64,000 bases of DNA. It comes from Chrysomallon squamiferum. Its lineage: Eukaryota; Animalia; Mollusca. Location of the stretch: the NCBI GenBank assembly GCA_012295275.1, contig CM022675.1, forward strand, positions 8,060,001-8,124,000, read 5' to 3'. Shown here piece by piece: positions 48,386 through 59,685 of the stretch. A model generated the notes under the pieces. That model made no database searches. It saw nothing but the letters and a program-made list of their open reading frames with translations, and was not told the DNA's origin. Position 1 is the stretch's first letter. The number at the start of each line of letters is the position of its first letter. Made by a program: the position numbers and the translations under genes.

Positions 48386-48420
48386 TAGTAGTAGTAGTAG
48401 TTGTTGTAGTAGTAGTAATC
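48050..48420. repeat. (TAG)n degenerate microsatellite
   Basis: Direct reading. Confidence 0.9.
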
Positions 48421-50014
48421 ACACTAATTGCAGTAACAACATTTTATTCATTAACTAAAACAAATTAAATTTCTCACTTACCCAGGATGGCTAAGTTTCG
48501 TTCCGAAATCGAAGTCCTTTGCCCCTTTTTTTTTTGTAAAAATTCTTCACGTTGTGATACGTGTCCGCTATTAACCAGTGAAAATGTTCGAACGCGGACC
48601 GACACCTCGCTTTTATTAACTTAAGGGCTGGCAGTCTGGGATAAAACGCTACGGAAGAAATATCACAGTCGATCGCCGAGAAAAACAAATCAGCCGTTTG
48701 CGAAATAACTGCTCCGTCATCCAATAAACTTGAGAGGCTGACAAACTAATAACACGTTGTTAATTTTCGCGTTAAGCTAACGAGACGGAAAGTGGGTCTT
48801 GGGACCGTATCATTAATTAATCGAGCGAAACGCCAATGGCTTCGGTTGTTTTCCGTCTGCTTATATTATAAACATTTTATGTTAAAAATAAAAGAAAAGA
48901 AAGAAAGAAAGAAAGAAGAAGAAAAAAAAAAGATAGTGTTTGATTAACCGGAACGTTTATTAATGGGCACCATTAACGATTATTGATTAGTTTCCGTTAG
49001 ATTTCGCCAGTTTCCGATTAGGTCGCCGACTAAGTGCGACAATTGGCGATTAAAGCAAATCCCACGGATTTGTTCGAAAGATTACGCGCGCTATATCCGA
49101 CAGCACTGTAACCGGTATAAACAGTGTTCTTGTGAATGAACGAACGTTTCTGAATCCATAAATCACACAATGATGATGCCGGTGACATTTTGATTTAGAA
49201 CTGTTTACAATTTGATAATTGTTTTTGGTGACCAGCGTGAAATGTACACCATATCGTGTGGATGAAATGACGTACAATAGTGCGTCTTTGTGTTTGTATG
49301 TAGCGTGTGTGCGTGTGTGTGTGTGTGTGCGTGTTTCTCTCTGCCTATTTACGCAGGTGTCTGTTTTTTTTTATACCACTTTCTCTGTGTGAAGGTTTAC
49401 GATTTCTTTATTATATTTGTTTTTATTAATTAAGACTGATATAAAACTTGATTTAAAACTATACAAATTACAGTTTGATTGTTAGTTATCTTCAAAGATA
49501 CGCAGTAACAAAATATGTTCTTACTTCCTTATGCAAAACTTCACCAATGACTGTAGGATTCATTTTAGTATTCGTCTCATTTTGTTTTGAAATTACAAGT
49601 ACCAAACCATTTAACAGGCAAGCTTGGGATCGGAAGAGTTTTTTTTATTTATTTCTTGATTTGTCGAATTTCTAGATAATGGTTAAATATTTACTTAAAA
49701 TCTAAAATCAAAATGAAAACTGAAAAATGAAAATTAGTGTTTAACCAATAGAAAATAATACACTTCTAAAGCAGGATCTTTATCATTCTTTATTAAATCA
49801 ATTTTATTTTATTTTATTTTATTTTTTTTTAATCTCTCTAGAGACTACAATTTTCACCAGTCATTTGTGTTTCTTTCAGACATGATAGCAAATGAAAATG
49901 AGAGTAGATGACAGACGTAGTAACTTATTGTGAGAGGATCACCTGAACACAGAAACAGTTTAAACCTGAATCTGTTTTTGTTGTTGTTGAAACACCCGCT
50001 GCTATGGAATTATT

Positions 50015-50047
<33 letters not shown>

Positions 50048-50941
50048 ATTGTTATTATTTTTATTATTATTAATACTGCTACTACTCCTGCTGCTGCTTT
50101 TTTTGTTTTTATTATCATTATCATCATCTACATCATCGTCAACATTGTAATTTTGATCATCATCGTCATCATATTTTTTATTATCATTATTATTTCTCTT
50201 TTCAATAAAATTATTTTACTTCATTTTGTTTTCTTTTCTAATTTTGTCTAATTTCCGTCTTTCGTCTTTTTATAATTATTATTTTTATTTTTTAAAAGAC
50301 ATATCTTGACTCTCTTTCTATCGCAAGTATATCTATTTTTTTTCCCCTTTTAATTTAATAATGTTTTTGGATGTTCCCCTTATTTTTTTCTTTCTTTCTC
50401 TCTTTTTTTTTTTTTTTTTTTTTTAAATATACATTAAAATTTAATGACATATATCCACAGTTTCGAAAATGCCGGAATGAATAAAACGGAAAGAATGTTT
50501 AGAACTTTACGATTTTTTTTTTTTTTTTTTTTTTCTCTTTTTTTTTCTTTGAATCTGTACGTTTTGCTCTCAGTTCATTGACCTTTAAGAGAAACAACCC
50601 CGTTCACCAATTATTTTATTTTATTTTATTATTATTTTAATTTTTTTTTATGAAACTATCTCAAAATCATGAAAGGAAAGAAATTAGGAGAAATAAATAA
50701 ATAATGGGGAAAAAAGAGGGAAAAAAAAGAAAGATAACAGGTTTACATGTGAAACGCCATTTAATACAAAAATTGTTGGATGTGTTGCTGCACTTAAATA
50801 TTTTTCAAAAGAAAATGACGACGATGTTGCATATCTCACATAATATAATTAAAAGATCAAAGGAAACTGAAGACAAGAAAGTGAGGAACAGGAAACTTTA
50901 TAATGAAAGGACGGTATTAGTAAATTAAGTCAAACTGCTGG

Positions 50942-51022
<81 letters not shown>

Positions 51023-51997
51023 CTCTCTCTTTCTGTCTGTCTCTTCCGTGTATTTCTCTCTTTATTTCTCTATTTCTCTGAGTGTCTTTCTCTATTTTTC
51101 TCTCTGTATTTCTCCCTCTATTTGTCTCATTCTCTCATTCTCTCTCTCTCTCTCTCTTTGTGTCTGTCTGTCTTTCTCTCTCTAGTTTGCTCTGTCTTTC
51201 TTTCTGCATTTCTTTTTCTCTGTCTCTCTTGTTTAGTAGTTGTCGAAGTAATGATAGTAAAAGAAAATATAATCTGTAAGCTGAGAAACAACACACACAC
51301 ACATACACACACACACAAACACAGAGAGAGAGAAAGAGAGAGATTGAGGAAAATACCCTCACATACATGCATAGTCAAATACAAAACGAGAGAAAAAGAA
51401 CGAGAGAGAATAAGACTGAATGGTTAATATTAAAACATTATAAAGAAGGGTAATTACATAAATATTCCCATTGTTTGTTATCTCTCTGACTTTTAAGTAT
51501 GGTGTCGCGACATATCTGTGGATAAAAAAAAATAATAATAAAAATGTGAAAAAGAACAAAGCGACGAAAAACGAATGCATGGAATCTTTAGCTCACCATT
51601 TATTGAAATCTGAACATTAATATCAACTCCAGTTTTCGTAATTCAATTTTTTGTAGCGTTTTTTACATTTTCAGTTTAAACTGTAGGATGTACGTTTTGG
51701 TGACAACTGCCCACTATGAGTGTCCAGAAATGAATTTAGCAGTTTCAGATTTAACTCTGGATAGAATCCATGCCTTTTACGAAAAAGAAAAAACTGTCAG
51801 TGAATGAAAAATTTAAAAGCAGATGACTTTAATATACAATATCTGCAAGCAAATAAATATATAAGAATGTAGAAAGCTAGACAGGCAAAGAGATAATCGA
51901 TACATACACAGACAGATAAGCAGAAATATGTAGAGGGAGACGGAGAGACAGAAAGACAGATAGATACGCATATATATATATATATATATAGAGATAT

Positions 51998-52117
<120 letters not shown>

Positions 52118-52394
52118 CAGATAAATAAAATAAAAAAATAAAAATAAATATAAAGAATATATCTTTTTAAAAAGAATAAATAAATAAATACTCGACACTG
52201 TTATACGAGGGATATCCGCTGTATTCACCAATGTTTCGTAAAACAAAAATTTTAAATTAAATTTTCTTTGCGCTCTGTTTAGTGTAAGTGTTGTTTGTGC
52301 ATCACTGATGTCCAGTGATCAGTGTTCATCTTTAGTTCTAAGTGACTCGGTAATAAACGACCTGCCAGTCAACAATAATTACTTAAACAGGAGC

Positions 52395-52437
<43 letters not shown>

Positions 52438-52581
52438 AAATAATTTAATAAATTAAGTAAATAATAATAAAACAATAATAATAATAAAAAGACATACAAG
52501 GATTTATTCTAAAACATTCCATTAAAACAAAATGTGTAAGAATAGAAATGAACAGGTATTTATTCATCGCAAATATTACTG

Positions 52582-52629
<48 letters not shown>

Positions 52630-53096
52630 ATGTGACTGCTACTATTGCTACTACTGCTACTACTACTACTACTGTGACTGCTACTATTGCTGCTACTACT
52701 ACTACTACTGTGACTGCTGCTATTGCTATTACTACTATTACTTTTTTTTCGTCCATTTGTTTTTAATCATGTTTCCTCATTTCCACGGTCGTCCCATATG
52801 CCTGTTTCTTCTTTTTGTAAATATTACACATACATACGTACATACATACATACTACTACAACTACTACTACTACTACTACAACTACTACTACTACTACTA
52901 CTACTATTACTGTCATTACTAGTACTATTATTACTACTGCTGCTAATAATAATAATAAAAATATGATGATCATCATCATGTACTTCAATAAAAGGACCTT
53001 GACCTTAAACGTTAGCTTCCTACTTCCTTTCTTTATTCAGTTTCCTACATACTCTAAAACACGAGTGTTTTTTCCTGTCATTATTTTTAAATCAAA

Positions 53097-53133
<37 letters not shown>

Positions 53134-53634
53134 TGTCTTTCATTATATCTGTCTACTTTCAAAGCTTTTCTAAATTATTATTATTCTTTTATTTTTTTTT
53201 ATTTTGTCCTTATAAGCCCGTGTATTAATTGTGCTTCCGTTCTCATGAGCTCCTTATCCAAACAAAACTTTAAAATCAATTAGATCCTTTCACTGGAAAT
53301 GGACCGAAATTAAGTCACATTTTAACCTGACAAAATCTACTCTTTTTTTTTTTTTTTTTTTTTTTGTGTCTACTCATCATTCACTACTGTCCGCTAAGTG
53401 CCCCGGGGATGTTATCATGTCAGTGGGTTACTGGTATACGCCCTACATTCTTCTCTCTTTCCACTGCTTTAACTGCTTTTTACGTTAGCTGTTCGTTTCA
53501 TATTGAAAACGAATCCTACATTTAGCTTCCGGTTAACAAAAAATAATTGAAAAAAAAAAGAATGTAATAATGGAAACTAGGTCATTAATTGTTGTTTACA
53601 AGGTCAAGGTCAAATAACTGCACTTAAAGGGATA

Positions 53635-53686
<52 letters not shown>

Positions 53687-53733
53687 CCGTTTATGGATTA
53701 TCCCAAAGTTCATTATTATTGCAGATTTTGTTG

Positions 53734-53772
<39 letters not shown>

Positions 53773-53791
53773 GTAGTAGTAGTAGTAGTAG

Positions 53792-53822
<31 letters not shown>

Positions 53823-54120
53823 TTTATTTATTTATTTATTACGCTAACTGTTTGTATTTTGCTATTACAAGTTTCTCGACACTGTATTTACAGATGCACT
53901 TAGGCACGAACTTATTTGCTAATATGTGTCAATTCAACTTGGAATGTTTATCGATTGGTAGTGACTGCTGCCTTCGTCGTAATTGGTCCTCCGAGTGCGG
54001 ATTTCGTTTCCGTTTTTGTGTCAAAAAGAAATCTTCAATTTGATGTATAAGAACACGACAGTCAAGGTCAGACTGAATTTAAATCTCAACGTAGGCGATC
54101 CTTTCATTTTTCAATTTCAT

Positions 54121-54167
<47 letters not shown>

Positions 54168-54664
54168 ATTAACTCGGTCAAACAGTTTTTTTAATTTCCC
54201 AACTAATCTTTTTTTTCTCCTTCGTCTTTTCTTTTCTCTATCTTCTTCTTCTTCTTCTTCTTCTTGTTCTTCTTCTTCTAGATATATTATTTTTAAATAT
54301 TACTTTGTTTAAGGTTTATTTATTTTATCGGTCAGATATATTTGTAAATATTTTTAACTGGTGCTTGAAAGCACACACACACACACACAGAGAGAGAGAC
54401 ACACACAAACATGGATATGCATACATTCATACAAACATATACTTATGCATACATACATACATATATGCATACATATATAAATATATGCATACACATACAT
54501 GCATACATATATATAAACATATATTCATGCATGCGTACATACATACATACATACGTACAAACATACATACATCAATCCATCCATCCATATATACATAGAT
54601 ACACATACACACATTAAACAATATATAAATACATACAAATTACGCATGCACATACAAACACATA

Positions 54665-54704
<40 letters not shown>

Positions 54705-55405
54705 CGTACATTTATTTGTATATTCTTGTTATTTTCTAAGTAAAGAAATCTGTTTGAAGTTCACTGTTATATCTACCAAACAGCTGTCACATTTTTGTAC
54801 TCTGTTGGTATTTGCTGGTTTTTCTGAAGTTGGTCGCGTGGGGGCGTTGTCTACTCTATCTTTAGATAGTCGTAAAGAAAGTAGTATCTTTCAAACTGTG
54901 GCTTGAAAAGCGGTTCGAGAATTAATATTTAATTAGGTACAAACTTTAAAATGTGCATATAAAACTTATATCTTAAATATTTTAAGTTGTTAGGTGTTTA
55001 TTTTATGAAATGAAAATAATAATTTTCCCTCAAAAAGGACGATTTTGATACGCAAATCAATAAATAATGTTGGAGTAAAATGTAAGTAAGACGAATTTAA
55101 TACGTTTAAATCACGTTTGAATTATATATACGCACATGTGTAGACACACGTGAACACACATGCATACACACACACGAGCGGAAATACTGATGAACATGTA
55201 TGCGTACAAATACCAATATCCAGAAATAGGAAATGATTCTGACAAAAATGCATGTTCGATATAATAATGATAATAATAATAATAATTATAATAATAATAA
55301 TAATAGTAATAATAATAATAATAATAATAACAATAACAACAATAACAACAACAATAATAATAATAACAACATCAACAATAATAATAATAATAGTAATAAT
55401 AATAA

Positions 55406-55436
<31 letters not shown>

Positions 55437-56864
55437 AAGAAGAAGAAATAGTACCATACATACAGACTCGGATTCGAAATTTAGCCTCGTTTTCGTCTGT
55501 GACTCATCTGTCCTCCGCTGTGTACAGATTTCCTCTTTTGTGATAATTATCTTTTAGTAACCCCAGAACATTTTTATTGATTTTGACTAGTTTGCGAATA
55601 AGTAGGTCGTGATAAAATAATTTATATTTCAACTATCCTATTAAATTGTATATAATACTATGACACGTCGCTATATTATGTTATGCTATGTTATATTATA
55701 TTTTATTATATTATATCATATCATACTGCATTAAATAATATTATGTTATATCATGCAGTATTATATATTGCATTACATTTATTACATTACATTACAGTAT
55801 ATTATATTATATTATATTATTTTTATTGTATATTGTATTATATTGAATGTACTTTTGTATTATCAGTTACCATATAACAACATTACAGAAATGCTTTCTA
55901 AAGCTTTTATATTTTTCTTTTACTGCGATAAGCTTTTATTTAACAGACACAAAGGAAGCTATATATTTCTCAAAATATTCACACAGTAATGTAGGCCTAT
56001 GATTCTGTCTGTTTAGTGTAACCCTGCAGTTAGAGTATGCATCTGTGAAATGATAGCGAATTCTATATCGGTCTTGCTTTCTCTATTAAGACATTATTTC
56101 CCGTTCTAGTCAGACTCCGGAAGACTGGTTAATGAAAACACTGCGGTACGTGTTATTTATTCTATTGTGAGATGCATATAGTCTTATTTTAATTTTTATT
56201 CCAGTGTTACATATATAGAACTGTATATGCTAAAAATGTTATTGTTAATTCTATTCTTATTATTTATTTTTTTGTACTTTATTTCTATTCTTTTTTCTTT
56301 TTTTTTCTAACCATTTTTCTATGATGAATGAATAATGAGTAGTTAATTTTAATGGCTTTATAAAGTTTTTTTTTTTTTTTCGTATTCTTTTTAATTTTAA
56401 TTTTAATTTTTTTTCTCACAATTATAATAAATACTTTTAACTCTCCCCGAAAAAGAATACAGCGTTTTTCTTTTTCGCTACTAATTTAAATGTGCCAAGC
56501 TATTTCAAACAGCTCGCTTAACTAAAACAAGTTTCACACACAACGCAGATATGTGCAAATGGCCGCCATCATTCCACCGTAGTCCATAAACATTACGGAT
56601 GCGTTCGTTTTATTTACTCCTAGTAAATTGCGCACTGTCCAAGCTTTTGATAAAAGCTATTTAATAAGACTACAGTCATTAAGAAATTGTGTCACTATTG
56701 TTGAATTTGGTATCGAAATCCACAGCTGCTTTGAAACTGGAGTTATCTGCCCTTCTGCGAGACCTCCGTGTATTTTGTGCTCTGTAATAATACTGTAACT
56801 TTATTTATTCATTTATTCATTTATTCATTCATTCTTTCATTCATTGTTTCATCAAACGAATTAA

Positions 56865-56906
<42 letters not shown>

Positions 56907-57069
56907 TCAGAATCGTTTATACGTAATGTTTGAACTTCCCGTCACAAGTTAAAAACTTGTATGGAAGTGTAAATCGAATGACACCCTAATTTGTTATCTC
57001 CGTCAACCTGCCTACCTCAACAGCGAAGATTCACGAAGCTGAGTGACTTGATCAACTTTCATTCCAGAA

Positions 57070-57106
57070 ATGAATTTAATTTACTTTCTACTTCTCTGTG
57101 CACCTG
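57070..57106 (+). CDS. Mosaic protein exon 1: signal peptide start MNLIYFLLLCAP(G)
   Basis: ATG 2 nt after a TTTCATTCCAG acceptor; hydrophobic stretch; CTG|GTGAGT donor, phase 1. Joined to exon 2 it gives MNLIYFLLLCAPGMVIS/ETT. Confidence 0.8.
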
Positions 57107-58042
57107 GTGAGTATTTTAATTACTGCTACTACTACTACTACTACTACTACAACTACTATTAAACTAATACTATTACTACTACAAACTTCTGCCACCACTA
57201 CTTTTATACTACTAGTATTGTTATTACTGCTAATAATATTACCACTACTACTACTGTTACTGTTACTATTACTACTACGACTATTACTACAGTAATTACT
57301 AATATTGCTGTTACTAACTTCTACAACTACTACTGCTACTACTACTACTACCACTACACGTATATAATATGTATTGTGGTGACGTATTGTATCTTTTGTC
57401 GACAAATGTCATCTATCATGGTGGTAATTAGTATTATTGTATGGTATTTCATATCGTTTATCATGATAGCAAAGTAATCATATCGATATCGTATCCGTAT
57501 TATATATCATGATGGCATGGTATATTGTATTGTATATCGTATTATGTATTAAGATACGCTAGTAAATCGAATCATATGCCGAGTATTATGACGTAGCAGT
57601 ATTTCGTATTGTATATTGTATCATATCTTATCGTATGACAGCACCTTAATTAAAATAAACTATACAAGAAAAAAAGAAAAGAAAAGAAAAAAAACAATAT
57701 CGCACTGATTTACGTTTTTGTTTGTCAAGGGATGGTGATTTCTGAAACGACAAGTTCTCCTAGATGTCCTCCTTTGTCTCCTCCAGATAAAGGAGTCATC
57801 CAGTGTCAGTACAGCGCAAAAGACTTGTAAGTTTCTTCAGTCTTAGTATCCATTGCATATGTCTGTCTGTGTGTTCGACCAGGATTTTTTAATTTTTTTT
57901 TAATATTTTGTTATTACAAATTTCTGTTAAATCATTTCATTAATTTTATCCTTCCTTCAGCCTGACTTTCTTGATTTGATCGTTATACATTTTATTAATA
58001 TTATTTTTATTTCCATTATACTACTACTACTACTACTACTCA

Positions 58043-58086
<44 letters not shown>

Positions 58087-58107
58087 ATAATAATAATAAT
58101 AATAATA

Positions 58108-58173
<66 letters not shown>

Positions 58174-58426
58174 TATTACATTTTTTCTCATGTAGGGTAT
58201 GCAGAGCTACATGTCAAAGTGGATATAAATTCGAAACCGGAGTCCGAATTGTCATACGTGTATGTAAAGAAAACACGGAACTGTGGGATTTTGGAGAACC
58301 ACTTCCGTCATGCGTGGGTGAGAGCTTTCTCTGATTATCTTCTCTTTGTTATTAACTTTCGTCCGTTGTAAGGAAATCGTTACTAATTTATTTGTTTGTT
58401 TGATTGTTGTTGATGTTGCTGTTGTG

Positions 58427-58483
<57 letters not shown>

Positions 58484-58539
58484 GTTGTTGTTCTTAATTT
58501 TTTTCTTGTTCATCATTTCCATTATTATTATTATTAATT

Positions 58540-58580
<41 letters not shown>

Positions 58581-58928
58581 TTATCGTTAATTGTTAACAT
58601 TACATCGTTTTCCTTACTGATTCACTGAACAATTAATTCGTTTATTTTAAAGAAATTTGCAACACATTACTTCTTCAACCAGGAGACATGACTAATATTA
58701 CTATGACGTCATCGAGCAACCAGGATCGCTTTAGTCCGGCCAACTCGGTTGTAAAACCCGGTATGACGTCATTTAACTGTTGGAGATCCGCCACTGACGA
58801 TGTTTCACAGTACATTCAGGTAAAACAGAAAATAACAGATGACACGTAACAATAAATATACTCAAAGAAAGAATTGAGTTGACTGATGGATATCTGAATA
58901 GATGTATCTATGACTAATCGATGTAAGG

Positions 58929-58980
<52 letters not shown>

Positions 58981-59250
58981 GCGTCGTTATACAGATAGAC
59001 TTCGACAAACCACATCGTCTTGTTGGTGTCATGACAAAGGGTGATGACGTCATGAATTACGTCATGCTTTATCGTGTACTTTTCAGCATGGATGGAATAA
59101 CTTGGTATCCATATAGCGACACCAAAGTTTCAGAAAAGGTAATTTGTAAAATAAATAAATAAATAAATAAATAAATAAAGACGATCTTTTGTGAACTAAA
59201 ACAAATCTTTTATAAATTATATTTGAGTTTGTAATTATTATTATTAGTAT

Positions 59251-59291
<41 letters not shown>

Positions 59292-59324
59292 TCACTACTA
59301 CTCTACTATAACTATTACTACTAT

Positions 59325-59378
<54 letters not shown>

Positions 59379-59646
59379 CACTCTACTACTACTATTACAA
59401 CTACTACTACTACTGCTGCTGCTAATGGAAATAAATAATGTTCTTCACCGTATTTCAGTTTTTTCGAGGAAATTCGGACGTAGACCAAACCCAAACCAAT
59501 GACTTCGAATGTCCCCACGTGGCAAAACATGTTCGTATCAATCCGTTGATGTGGCTCAACCATATATCCTTCCGCGTTAATTTGTTAGGCTGCTTGCAGA
59601 AAACAGGTACATTTTACTTTAATCTTTTTTCTTTTATCTTTTTATC

Positions 59647-59685
<39 letters not shown>

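Noticed and set aside
56132-56151. ATGAAAACACTGCG|GTACGT as an upstream coding exon of the mosaic gene
   Set aside because: Splicing to the 57067 acceptor puts this ATG out of frame with the signal peptide; at most a 5' UTR exon or uORF, and unsupported.
57976-58371. ORF-track frame GYAELHVKVDINSKPES…
   Set aside because: The alternative frame gives a clear Sushi Cys pattern and phase-compatible splicing.
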